A stretch of DNA of 64,000 nucleotides from Antedon mediterranea (lineage: Eukaryota > Animalia > Echinodermata): positions 37,830,304-37,894,303 of the forward strand of contig NC_092671.1 of assembly GCF_964355755.1 (NCBI RefSeq), in the 5' to 3' direction. The number at the start of each line of letters is the position of its first letter. Positions within the stretch are counted from its first letter, which is position 1. A model generated the notes under the pieces. The model did no database searches and was not told where the DNA came from. It worked only from the letters and a program-made list of their open reading frames with translations. Positions 25,993 to 38,800 of the stretch are shown piece after piece. The position numbers and the translations under genes were made by a program.

Positions 25993-28109
25993 GCTAGATG
26001 TTTACCTCTGGATATTGGAAGCTGCAGCTAACTTTTATTTGGCAATTACAAGACTCCAGCAGACTGATACAAGCCATCATCTTTTGTCTATTTCAGTTCT
26101 AATTTTTATGTACTTTTATTTGAATGTTCGCTCATTTCTTATTGAGTAACATTTTCTTTTTTGGAACTTTATCGATATCATTGTTTATGTTTCCATCTTT
26201 TATATTTGCACACGTTACACACTTAGATCCTAAATATCAAATACCAAAAAAGGTAATTTTATCTCAATGATTTATTTCTTATTTTATTTTGTTTTGGAAC
26301 AAATCTGAAACTCTGAAAAATATATGTTACTTTTCCATAGTTTGAAAAATAGGCAATTGCCTGCAATATCTATAAAAAAATCCTGTATAATGATATAATA
26401 ATTTGTGACTGCATATTACACTGATAAGATATTAATAGAAGACTAATTATGAAATTCAAAATTATACAAAGAATAGACTTTTTACTTTATTATACAAATA
26501 ATTTATTAATATGCACGAGGTTAGTCTTAATTCACTGTTATTAAAATAGCAGTGTGTACTATGATATATTATATTGTACATAATATGTAAATATGTGTTG
26601 GGTAAAGTGAATCATGTTTAAAATTATTAAATGTGGATACGTAAATAAACCAATTACTGTAACACGTCGTTGGGAGTTTAGAATTGAGATGAGACACCAT
26701 TTGGAATATCATAAGAACAGTGAAATTACAAATTATTGTAAATTACATTTTAATATATCACTCTTTCCTGGGAATACGTAGTACTTTGATGACTCTTTTA
26801 AGAAACAATTAAGTTATTATTGGAAATATTTCTTTAAAAAAACAAAATACAAAGAGCTGTTATCAATATTGCAGTAGGTTGCATAGTTCGTTTATAATTT
26901 AAGTAAAGTAAATTTAAATTTAAAGTAAATTTAAGTAAAGTACATAAAACATTGTCTTTACTATTATTCTCTTTCAAATTTACAAACATTTTAGTTTAAA
27001 TCATGGTAGGAGTGAATAGGGGAATTTTGTTTTAACTATTAAGGATCATATTTATGTTATTATTTTAATTAATTACATTTCAAATAAGAATAACATTCAT
27101 GATCGACGAGTTTAGTTATCGTAAAATTTGTTTTCATTTAATTTTACTTTTTTCCCTGTTGAGAAACATTTCCAAATATCAAATTAGGATATTTATTTAC
27201 ATATTATATTTATGCGAAATTGTTCCGTTTATATTATGTAAATTATAAATTCAAAAATCACGGGATAAATAACAATCTTAGAAATGTATTGATTGATGTT
27301 TTATTTATTTTAATTTCATTTCGATCAGACAGAAATTTCCAGGAAAATCTTATTCAGGCATAATGGTAATTTGATTTAGAAAATACAATTTAGCTTGGTT
27401 TCAATTGAGATAAATGACAAATAAATAATCAGAAGCTAAATTGGAAAACACTATTCCTTCGTCATGAGTAGCTTTATAATACCTATTTTCTCAAATCTTA
27501 ATTTACTATAAAACAAGTGCATTAAAATTTGAAATAAATTATGAAGTAGTAACAACGTTACATGTAAATTTTTGTTCTTTCCACAAATAACATTGAAGTG
27601 CGAGCATATAAAATAAAGAACAGAGAGTTTGAGCCATGGGTGATGTTCTTGAGCAACACGTGAGATCGTTATGAATCAAAATACCCGCGTTTGTATCTAC
27701 GGCAGAAACTGTTCTGTGATTGGTTGATAATTTAAATCTAGTTCAGGCCGCCAAACTACCAATCAAGTTCTTGTCCGTTCTGCGTATAAAGAGTGTCACT
27801 CATACACGTGACATGTACCTACTTGTTCACCCACCACCTACTAACCCTGCTGTAGTCGTTTTCGGTCGTGTAGTAGTACTAGGCCTAGTAGTAGTAATAG
27901 AAAATGTTCCACAACAAAGTGTATATGTTTTGTGTGACATTCAAAACTTCTTTTACGTGACAAGAAGTATTTTTGCGAATTGCATGATCTGCATGCACGC
28001 AACATGAAGGCAAAATGAAAACTGCTAGCCCAGGCCTAAATCGAAGTCTAGGCCTGGGCGGGTGGGGATATAATCTAGATTGACACCATCTTAGCGCGTA
28101 TACGTAGAC

Positions 28110-28166
28110 GACGACCCGGAAAGTGAGCAAGTTCGACATAGCATCGAAGAAGTAAGGATGGTAAGC
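28110..28166 (+). other. Probable first exon of an unidentified + strand gene, ending ATG|GTAAGC
   Basis: CpG-rich promoter-like stretch with CCGGAAAGTG at about 28117, then AGGATG (ATG 28158-28160) directly followed by the strong donor GTAAGC. No second exon identified in the window. Confidence 0.45.
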
Positions 28167-28242
28167 TTATACAGTGTTTTTAACTCTTACTTTTGTTGAT
28201 TTTATATGAACAAATAGTAGGCCTAGTGGAATCTTTGTGATT

Positions 28243-29710
28243 TATTAGGTTATATGCATGATATGCATATAACCTCTTGATTCTGTCAAAATCTTTATTT
28301 ATTTATTTATTTATTTATTTATTCTTTCCTTAGCACTATTTGTCCGTGAATTATCTTGGCATCAGTTTCATCTATCTAAGTCAATTTTTCAGAGTATATT
28401 CCTTATGGCCAGGAATCGATGTGGTTATGTTTTCACGATGCGCAATCAAAAATTACGCGGTCTACGCGCGATTTAACGAAATCACGTTTGTAATCATATC
28501 TTCACAAACATGAATCACTTTTAAACAAAATTTGGTACTCATAAATTTCAGGTCATATTTCATCATATGGCAATACAATTACGTGCGTAGCGCATATAAC
28601 GCATGCGTACGCGCGTTTAAAATGTTGAAAATTGTCAGAATTTATTTTCGATGAAATTAGAGTACGTTTCAGGCAATTTTAAGCGTTTAAAAAATTGCCA
28701 TGAGTGCGCAGATTTTTGCGTTAATGCGCACTGTTTGTGTCCGATTACTGTTGTATAACCTTTCTTTAATAATATCATCATATTTTATTCACTTTTCAGC
28801 GCGAAACAGCGTTATACGAGCACGTCAAAAGTGACGGGCTACGCAGGTGTAAGTTAACAAAATGGTGAAAATATGCTAAATTTTAAAATTAATATATATC
28901 GTTAGAATGCTCGGGAACACGTATTTTTTATTTAATTTTCTTGAAGTGTATGTATCATATGTATGATTTATTATGAAATTAGAAGAACAAAAGTTGATTA
29001 AGTCATCATTAATGGCATATTAAATTTAACAAAATTAATTTCGACAATCAAACAAATTATAACATTTTCTTAGGCCAAAATAACAAACTTAACGTTAACT
29101 TTCTTCCTTAAGAAGTTCATATATTAAAGTTAAAAGTATATAGTTTGACAGTGCATCATTTTTTTTAATTTTTAAAGATGCCATCATAGTAAAACATTAT
29201 AATTCATTGCGGTATGTAATAATCTATCTGCACCAAAGTGGTTACTGCATAGTAAATACAGGGAGGAATCTTTCCATAACTTTTAGTCAGTTGTGTATGG
29301 CTCGGTGGTCTTTGCTCGTGTCTATAGCATTCAAGTACCGAGATCGAGTCTCACCTGGGGAAACGAAACAAAATAAATTTTTTTTTATTATCCTTATTGT
29401 TTGTTCAAATTTATTTCTTAGTGTATAGATTATACACATGATTTATAATGAAATCTAGATAAAAATTAACTTATGTCTTTATTATTATGTAACAACAAAT
29501 GTGGTTTATGACATTATACGCATATGGATCTTTGATCGGATTGTGATACCGGCTATGGTGTTCGCGTTAGCAAGGTCCTATCATATATTATAAATAATTA
29601 AAGATTCTGAGAAAATCAATCAATCAATATATCTTTTAAAAATCAATTATCTTTATTTAAATCAATGCATATAACCTATAATTCGTCATAGTGACGAATT
29701 AAATCTAGTT
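28243..29710 (+). mobile_element. Non-autonomous Helentron-type element (HINE/DINE-1-like)
   Basis: 5' subTIR AGGTTATATGCAT (28247) with an adjacent inverted copy (28263), (ATTT)n microsatellite, 3' subTIR (29665), stem-loop AATTCGTCA-tag-TGACGAATT and terminal CTAGTT. Confidence 0.8.
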
Positions 29711-30168
29711 AATATTTTAATATTCATAGTTAGGAACAATATGTTCAATAAGTTCAATAGCTAATACAGGGCCTAGCTAGGCCTATCATTTATTTTAATA
29801 TAATATCAATTGTCCTAACATTTCCCAATACAGTTAGTTTGTACTGTGACGACACAAGAAGAGTGTAATAAAAGGTACTACATATTATTAAAACAAAATA
29901 CTTTAACAAAAATGGTGTTTGCACTTTTTTACTTCATTACTAATGTTTTTATTTACTTTCATGACATTTTATATACGTTGAAAACAAATTGCACAATTAT
30001 TACAAAAAAAGAGGAGGAAAATGTGGGAATGTGGCGTAATAGGCTAATCATGACGTCACACAGTATTCCTATACGCATCATCAGTAGGCCTAACGTCACG
30101 TATATTACGCATAACTAAAAAACAGCCAGCGTAATTGTGTGCATCACTGCTATACGCGGTTGGTGTGG

Positions 30169-32214
30169 TTACGGAAGCTTGAACGTGACACTTTTTTCTG
30201 ATTTTTGCCCTAATGATGTATTATATTGAACTTTCGTTTCATTATGAGTTGTTTTATCGAAACTATCATGAGATGTGTCTTTTATATCTTCATTTGTATT
30301 ATGTTCAGTGGCCATATGTTCATAGACCGTATGTTCATTGGCCGTATGTTCATTGGCCGTATGTTCATTGTGTTCATCGTTGTTGTTATCGCCATTCGGG
30401 TTTTTGAATAGAGTTTGTTCGGATGCAACTACTTGTTTATTATTGTCTATGAATTCGTCATGTTCGGTTATAGTTTGTACAGGCATGCAGTTAGAATTCT
30501 GAAATTGCTCGTTTTGAACTACTGTGTCATTAATGACGTCATCATTACGAACTTTTGTTTCTTGCGATTTTTTCTTTGATTTGGTAGATTTGTTCTTGTT
30601 CCCATCATTGCTACCTGTTACTTTTAACGACCCGTTAGGTGCTTTAATATGAGGTGTTTTCAAAGATCCCAGTTTCCTTGGTGCTCGTCTTGATGGCATC
30701 GTAAACGGGAAGACCTGATCGGCTTCATTAGATGTCTGATCAAACACCCGTAGTTGTATAAAGGTGCTCATTGGTATCATGGCTTGTTTACTTCTCTCGT
30801 TTGTCTCATATGAGTACGTTTGTTTCTGTTTCTTACTCTCTCCTCCTGATCCTGCATCGGCGGTTGTCCATTCTCTTCGGATTGTTGGCATATTTCCTCG
30901 TGGAATATCAGTATACAGGTTTTCATGTTGAAAATTGATATCAATTACAGACATTTCTTTGTGTAAACGCACTGTAGTCTGTGTTTGTCTGGAATCGTGA
31001 AGTTCGCGCTTTTGTAGATTCGAATGGTTGTTTCTAACAACATACGGTTGTTCTTCTTTTATGTAAACACCATGTGTCGTGGAGTATCTCCTTGACGTGT
31101 CTGAGATCCCGTTCGGCGCGTCCATTAACGACAGCAAGAACGTCTTGATATGTTGTCTATCTGTTGTTGGTTTACTTGATGTCATTCCCAAATTATATCC
31201 ATTATGTTGTGTTTCATCTCCCGTCTGTTTGTCTGTCTTTTCCTCTAATGTACTTGTTGAATCCCCATTTGATTGAGCTTTTTCTAAATGTGTTCTTGCA
31301 ATACCATTTCGAGTGTTTCCATGTTTTAGTTTTTGCTTTGTCTGTTGTTTTAAGTTGTGTACTTGTCTTAAAGCAGCTGGACTGGACAAAGATAACTGAC
31401 TTAGGATACGGTTCTTTGTTTTTAAACTACTCAATGGTAAACTGCGGTGCACGTAGGACTCCAAATCGGTAATTTTTATTGCCTTATTTTTAGGATGTTT
31501 ATTGAGGCGTAACTCCTCTTTCCAGTTGTCCGTCGAGCCATTCATTCTTTTGCCCATTTTATGAATCCAGTTTCCAACAAATTCAATATTTGCGTCGTCT
31601 GCTGGCTTTGATCGGATCTTCGGCAGTAAAATTGTGTTGCCATGTTCGTCGAATGTCACCACCTTCTGGCGATTGGCTGGTAAAGGACGTTTTGATTTTG
31701 GTTTAAGCATTTTCCCACAATCCTTAACACCACCATGACTTGGTATATCAGAAATCATGATATGAGGCAGACCATTATGCCTACTTTCTTTAGTCAGGTT
31801 TACTGGAGATTTTCTACTTGGACTTTTTGATGTTCGATACATTTCAATCGCATCCGATTCTAAATCAGTGAATTCAACAGACCTGTTTTGAAGTTTTGTA
31901 TTTGAAACCAGTTCATGGTTATGTTCATTTTTACCATTTCCCGTCTTTTCTAACTGCCTTTCTCGTCGAATAATTTCATCACTTTGCGAAGAACTCTGTT
32001 TGTTTTCCATATGTGCCTGTTGCATCAGTTTCACGAGTTCACGATGCGAGTCCGCAAGATACCACTGGCGAGGATTTGTCAAGTCCTGCATTATGCTTTC
32101 ATGAGGTCGAGTAAGAATATCGCGAGGGCTAACCATGGCATTCGTTACTGAATCATTGAGGTCTTGCTGTAAAGACTTTTGCAACGTCGCTGTATACTGT
32201 TTTAATGACTCCAT
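30169..32214 (-). CDS. Uncharacterised 681-aa protein, predicted intrinsically disordered, single coding exon
   Basis: 2-kb uninterrupted ORF in AT-rich DNA; S/T/N/K/H-rich; NEHTA-type repeats near the C-terminus. Minus-strand acceptor near 32279 and donor near 33130 suggest a 5'UTR exon. No domain recognised. Confidence 0.85.
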   Translation of the reverse strand: MESLKQYTATLQKSLQQDLNDSVTNAMVSPRDILTRPHESIMQDLTNPRQWYLADSHRELVKLMQQAHMENKQSSSQSDEIIRRERQLEKTGNGKNEHNHELVSNTKLQNRSVEFTDLESDAIEMYRTSKSPSRKSPVNLTKESRHNGLPHIMISDIPSHGGVKDCGKMLKPKSKRPLPANRQKVVTFDEHGNTILLPKIRSKPADDANIEFVGNWIHKMGKRMNGSTDNWKEELRLNKHPKNKAIKITDLESYVHRSLPLSSLKTKNRILSQLSLSSPAALRQVHNLKQQTKQKLKHGNTRNGIARTHLEKAQSNGDSTSTLEEKTDKQTGDETQHNGYNLGMTSSKPTTDRQHIKTFLLSLMDAPNGISDTSRRYSTTHGVYIKEEQPYVVRNNHSNLQKRELHDSRQTQTTVRLHKEMSVIDINFQHENLYTDIPRGNMPTIRREWTTADAGSGGESKKQKQTYSYETNERSKQAMIPMSTFIQLRVFDQTSNEADQVFPFTMPSRRAPRKLGSLKTPHIKAPNGSLKVTGSNDGNKNKSTKSKKKSQETKVRNDDVINDTVVQNEQFQNSNCMPVQTITEHDEFIDNNKQVVASEQTLFKNPNGDNNNDEHNEHTANEHTANEHTVYEHMATEHNTNEDIKDTSHDSFDKTTHNETKVQYNTSLGQKSEKSVTFKLP

Positions 32215-33488
32215 TTTAAAACGAACTTGAAAGGATAATGCAGTTGTTTACCCGGTGAGGTAATCTATACCTTAACTCCTGTGGAAGCAACAATAGTAAC
32301 TATTAGAAGAAAGATCTGTTGACGCTTATGTAAACAAAATCTTTAGAATTTGGAACTTACTATGCTATTTCAAAACAGACTATAAGGCCTTCAATAGATG
32401 TTTTCCAGCAGTGATATTATTGTGAAGTGCTATGTTATCTCATTCCATCTTTAACAAGTAGTTTTCTAGTTAAATTAGCCTAAACAGTACGAGGCCATTA
32501 TCTAAATTTGGAAAATTACATTAAGATGTAAAGAAGCCTTGAAATAAGAATTAAATAATTTATCAATAAACGTATAGAAATGATCCTAATTGGATTTACA
32601 AGGACATTAATACAATCATATCTGATGATATTAATAGCACCAATTTTGATAACGACATGTAGGCCTAACACTTCTTGCTGTCTCTAATTGAAATACATGT
32701 ATCTTTGACATACATTGTCTAAAAGTATTGGTATGCCAGACTTAAATATAGGTTAGTTTAGTTGGTGTGCTTAGTTGTTCGTAACCCGTTGTTTTACTCA
32801 TACACTGTTATACATTCAACAAATTGTGAACAAAATAAAATTTCGTTTTTATTGTCTGGAAAAAGTGTGAGTAAGATTCCACAATGGTCATAGATTTGGT
32901 TGAATAATCAAGGCATGAACGTTCTGAATCAAACTTCGCGGATGGTACGACTCTGTAGGCCTAGGTAGAAATAATAATTATATAGGCCTATATAATAATG
33001 GACGAATTATTATTACATTCATTCCTACCCTTGTTTGTCGCAATATACAGCAGTAAGCAAATCACGGGACCTACGCATAACATATACTCTTATAGGCCTA
33101 GTAAAATTAACACCAATTAATAGTTCTTACCTCAGAAGAGGAACCTCTTGCCAGCTACAATTATTAGTTAACTTCAGCAGTCTGGACCTCAGACCCACTC
33201 AATGAGTTTGATAAACAAGTTGTTACTTAAATAATCGATTCTTCTGATTAGATTTTACAAGTCATATCCAGTGAATCCGCGTGTTTGCGTTGACATCGTT
33301 ACACACGTTAATCAGTTTTTTTTCTTCATAAAGGATATCAGCAAACGAGGAATGAATCTTTGGTTGATTCCATTTGTTGATCGGGTGGTCCATTTATAAT
33401 ATTAAAGAGTTATTTAAACGGTAATTTGCATTCATACAGCAAACCATAACCAAACAATATAACTCACTTCGTTCATCCTGTTTATTCG

Positions 33489-33502
33489 GTTGCTAAGGAA
33501 AC
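33489..33502. promoter_or_regulatory. RFX X-box-like motif upstream of the 681-aa gene
   Basis: GTTGCTAAGGAAAC imperfect palindrome about 360 bp upstream of the minus-strand donor at 33130. Confidence 0.45.
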
Positions 33503-34916
33503 GCTATAGGTGTACTACAAAGCTTTCAAAAATTGTTAAAAGTTAATGTGTTATTAAGGATATTTTCAAAAATCAGACGACAATACGATGTTTAATAAAC
33601 CTTATATTATCGCTCTTTAATGAGAAGTTAAAAATAGTTCTAGGTCATTACGGTAGTTAAAGTACATACTAATCAGTTTTTACACGTTTTGTTCAAATGT
33701 CAATTTTGTAGCCTAGCTACGAATGACAATTTAAAAATCACCCCGTGTAAATAAAGTGCAATATCTTCATTTTCCGCACTGCGCATTGGACAAAGAAAGA
33801 AAACAACAATACATATAGCCTAACTTTTTTCAAAATGACATATTTAAAGTTTGAGTTTATCATCTTTAGTTTATATATTTTGGGGGACAGTACATCTTTC
33901 ATCCATAGTCTCCCAACGTAGATCTAGATATCGAGCAAAAGAGCAGGTCATATCCGACATAATCTTTATGAGGCTATGATCGTGTCCGTTTAGTGGTAGA
34001 AGACAAATAGATTTGATTTGATTTGAATTGAATTTATTAGGAAAATCATCATAAAAAATACACATACAAAGTGATAACATAAATTACGGACATTAAAAAT
34101 AATACATTTATAACAGATTTTCCAGGATAGCCCAAAAAGCTTATTAGCTTATTTCCATTGGGATCCTTTTACAACCGTGTTGCAAGAGATATCAACCAAC
34201 TTTATTGATGACCTAGCATATCAAATGAAGAACTGTTGCGTGGCATGGTAAACTCCATCCGGATGAGTCCGCTTGATGACATCTTAGTTTTATTAGGTCT
34301 ATTACTAAGAAACTAATCACGTGCCATAATTATTAATGTCGTTTTAACCTACGCATTTGTACCCGGGCTTGTTTGGCTTGAGGATGTGATTTGATTTTGA
34401 TTTTTTTTATATCAGTATAAAAATACACACAAAGTGATAACATAAATCCTAAATACATTTAGAAAAGATTTTCAAGGATAACCCCATGAAAAACTTATAT
34501 TAGCTTAAATTTCCGTTGCGATCTTTTAGCGCCATCTGTCACGTCTACCCAGCCAAATAGACCCAGACAGATTGGCCATTTGTATAAATATCAACCACTA
34601 TATTAATTATTTTGCTACTTAATTTTGAAATATACCCATCCGGGAAGATATAATATTTAAAATGTATGAATTTAAAACTATTTAGACTTAGACAACCACC
34701 AACCATTATTTAAATACAGCATGAGATTGGCCGCACAATTTTGTATCTTCAAGCCTCAAAATTACTTAATTAAAATTCTGGAGTAAGATGCAGTTTATGT
34801 CTTTCTATGTATGGGAATTGCTATGTGTTATTGTATAAGTCTAATAGTTGGCCTATTGTGTGTAACGCCCATGTTTGTGACAGAACGATTAGAGCTGACG
34901 CGTTTTGACTTTAGGT

Positions 34917-34926
34917 GGAAATTCCC
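34917..34926 (-). promoter_or_regulatory. NF-kB (kB) site
   Basis: GGAAATTCCC on + = GGGAATTTCC, a perfect kB consensus about 0.95 kb upstream of the ankyrin-death-domain ATG. Confidence 0.55.
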
Positions 34927-35361
34927 TGACCCTAAAATAGATTGTATCCGGCACACGTGTCTCCATTGTTGCATTACGCATCCATGCTTGACTGTCATTG
35001 TCACTGGATTTTCTGTTGGGCTTGCACGTCTCATATCCTAGGCCTAAATGGTATCGATGATTTGGTAAGGTAAGCGTAATTAGGGTGTATTATTGATTCG
35101 AAAATAAATGTGTGCTTTTAGGAGCACACATAAACGCACATGTTCGGTCGGTTGTGTGATTTGAGAGGGACAAGAAAAGTGTGCCATTAGGCCTAGCTGG
35201 AAGGAGGCGGCTGAAATAACTGGCGTTAGTTTTATAATATGCTGTAACATGTCATTGTCATGATTTAAATGAATACATTGTAAATATTCATCAAGAGGGA
35301 GAGCTGTGTGTAAACGTTGCGTTTAATTCGTGATTACTTTCTTTCTTCTACGTCTTCCCGT

Positions 35362-35371
35362 GGAAATTCCC
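35362..35371 (-). promoter_or_regulatory. NF-kB (kB) site, second copy
   Basis: Identical GGAAATTCCC about 0.5 kb upstream of the same ATG. Confidence 0.55.
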
Positions 35372-35713
35372 AACCAATTGTGATGATGATTAATATCTGT
35401 ACCCCGGATAAGTAAGTTATTTCTTCATGATAAACAGACTAACAAAAATTCAAACACTATTGGTGAGCATAACAAATTCGAATCAACGTGTTTCCTTTCA
35501 ATTCAAGTAGTTTTCGTTAAAGCATAACATAATATAAGCTATGGATTGGTATACATAGTTAGGTGTAGGCCTAACATAAATATTGTGGCAATCGCAACAT
35601 TATTTATTAAAACCGGAAACCATAACTTACCCTATTCCGGAATTGGAGAAATTGGCATGTAGCCTATTATTTTGAACGTTACATTATAGCTATACTTCGT
35701 ATGACAGTACTTC

Positions 35714-35723
35714 TTTCGGTTTC
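35714..35723 (-). promoter_or_regulatory. ISRE/IRF-E-like site
   Basis: TTTCGGTTTC = GAAACCGAAA (GAAANNGAAA), about 150 bp before the ankyrin-DD coding exon. Confidence 0.35.
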
Positions 35724-35875
35724 GATATGAAAGCGTGTCAAGATTTACCGTGTGATCTCGTTTCGTGCATGTTTAGCAATTGACTATTAAGATTGTAGAT
35801 ATGGATGTTATATTAAACATTTATAACATGAACCACCATTAAAACCATCAAACATTGTTAATTCCAGGAATTAAA

Positions 35876-38800
35876 ATGGGAAAAAACTTGTCAAGGCAAC
35901 TTTTAAGTGCAATCGAGAATGGCGAATTGTGTATTGAGCTGCAAGATGCTCTGAGGGACAAAGATTATAAAACTGTTTTTGATGTGCTCCTTAGCAATAA
36001 CAGTTACAGTGATGACAAAAGTCTATACATAAGCCTTGTTCTACACTTCTGTATCAAATGCAAATTTCGCCAACAAATACAAGTTTTGCTTAAAAAAACT
36101 AGTAAACATTTACAGAAATGTCACTTGAATAGTCTATGTATGCTGGCTTCTGAAGAGGGTTGTTTGTCATCGGTCCGAGTATTGTGCGATTATGGTGCTA
36201 ATATCAACGCATTGTCACCCAATAGCTACACGGCATTAGCATATGCCGTAAAATATAAACACTCAGACATTACAGCATTTCTATTATCAAACGGAGCCGA
36301 CTGTAATGTAACTGACGATCATAAGAATACTGCGTTAATCCACGCAATTGGGAACAGAAATGATGCTTCCACTGTATCTCTTATTCTGGATAACAAAGCC
36401 GATGTGTCTGTGTGTAATGTGCGTAATAGGAATGCCCTATTTTATGCAGTATACGAAAATATGATTGAAGTAGTGAGAATGCTGTTAGCACGTGGGGCAA
36501 ATGTTAATTCGGCTGACGACCAAGGTACCACCGCTTTAATGGTGTCGTCATTTCATGGCTACGTGCATATTACTGAAGTTTTGGTATCTAAAGGAGCTTA
36601 CGTGGAGATGGAAGATAACGAAGGCTTTTCGGCTCTCATATGCGCTGTACAAAACAAGCAATACTCAGTTATCCAACCGTTAGTTACGCACTACAGTATA
36701 ATGAAGTCTCGAAATACTCATATCATGCAGGCACTGAAATATGCCGTTGAAAACGATTCAAGTAAAACCGTTAAGATACTATTGGACGTTTACAATTCGA
36801 TCACTAATCCACAATTGATACAATTACTGACATTAGCTTTAGAACATGCATCTGGAAAAGACGTCGTGAAGTCTGTGGTCAGTCAATTCAAAGATTTATT
36901 GTTTTATGCAGCTTCAAATCCCAGACATGAAGCCGTTTTAAAGTTGTTGATTGATAATGAAATTCCTATGGACTATTTTGATAGTCAGGGTAACTCTGTG
37001 TTAATATATGCTGTTGCCAGAGGTAGTTTAACCATGTTAAATGATCTCTTGCGTGCAAATGTTTCTGATATCAAAACGAAAAATCTGTATCAACAAGATG
37101 CCCTCTTATTCTCTGTGTCTGTCGACGACGTTGCCAAAGCAGAAGCACTGATAAGATGTAATGCCGATGTTAATTCTGTAGAAGAAAATGGATACACGCC
37201 GTTGATGTGTGCCACGCTGCGTGGTTCGATTGCCATGTGCCAGTTACTTATGAGACACGGTGCTGACGTCAACATGGAAGAAGTGGAAGGTTTCACCGCG
37301 TTGATGGCTGCTTCTCAAAACAACCACGTTGAAGTAGTCAAGGAGCTGTTAGTTCATGAAGTAGAAGTACAGAAGAAGAATGTATACGGGCACGATGCGT
37401 TATTCAAAGCGGTACAAAATAACAATCATGAGGTAGTTTCAGTACTTCTTCAGCACGGAGCGTCTGTAAATTCAGTCGATAATTGTGGAAACACACCGTT
37501 AATTGAAAGTTGTAGAGTCAGTGGGTCTATTACAACACTCAAAATGTTACTGGATGCAGGTGCAGATGTGAACGACCCAGGGGAATACAAGTTGACTGCT
37601 GTAATGTGGGCCTGCAAGACTGGCTCAACTGAAATTACTAAATTGTTGCTGTCACATGGTGCCAATCTCGAACTCATAGACGATTCCAGCCGTGATGCCT
37701 TTCATATAGCAGTATATCACGGCCATTTTGACATTGCAGAAATTATTCTTCAACAATCCAGAGAATGTCTTGATAGGAAAGACAATCGTTCAAACACACC
37801 ACTCATCACAGCATGTTACAGAGAAAACGTCGAATGTGTAAAAATGTTGCTTCAAAATGGAGCATCCATTCAGTCGGTCAACAAAAAAGGTTACACAGCA
37901 ATAATGTTTGCAATACAGCTAGGAAACGATCGTTTAGTGAAGATGTTGTTAGACGAATTGAATTATCTGTATGAAATCGGAATGTGTACAGATTCCGACT
38001 ATCAGTCGCATACTGACAATCCGTTCACTAACGGAATCAACCTGATTTCGTTCGCAGCATACAAGGAGCAGCATCATCTTATTCGCATGCTTTCTTTCAG
38101 TAAGAATGATAGAAAACACATTTTCGTACACCAAAGTGAAAATTATGTCGACGTTTACGCATGTGCAGGGTTGTCGGAAAACGCAGAAGTATTGAAAAAT
38201 GTTTTATACAACGATCCGAACGTCTTGTGTAGACCAGTTAAAATTGATCAACTGGTAACAGCTTTTGAGGACAGCTGCGCCGCGAATGACATTGAATCTT
38301 TAGTTGAACTCGATCGTACTTCAAATATCAAAATGTTGCCAGTACTTAAAGCTGTTGGGTGTGCTGCCGCAAAAAGAGATTCCATCAGAATAGTGAGAGC
38401 ACTATTGCAGTTACCAAACTGTAGAAATGATGAGAAATTTATCAGTTTAATAATGTTAATTTCTTGTCTGTATGGGAGTGAAAGTGTGATGACGTTATTG
38501 GTGAAAATGTCAGCTAATGTCAACATATCATTTGCTCCTCGTTGCGAGACACCACTTGCTGTCGCACTGATGTTTAGACCGGACAACGTTACAAACATCA
38601 TTTCAATTTTGGCACCAGTTAGTGATCTTAGCAAATGCTTCTCACTTGCTATCAGTGACCAGTATCCAGTGGATGTAACCATTCTGATGTTTGCTAGTTT
38701 GACGGGCAACATTGCTGCTGTTTCTAGTCTTCTCGAACATGGAGCTTCTGTTGATCAAACAACCGTTTTCGGGTTAGGCGCTGTCCACTTTTGCTTATTT

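Noticed and set aside
35855-35875. N-terminal extension from the TTG start in the ORF track
   Set aside because: Spans a ttccag splice acceptor; the first ATG is at 35876.
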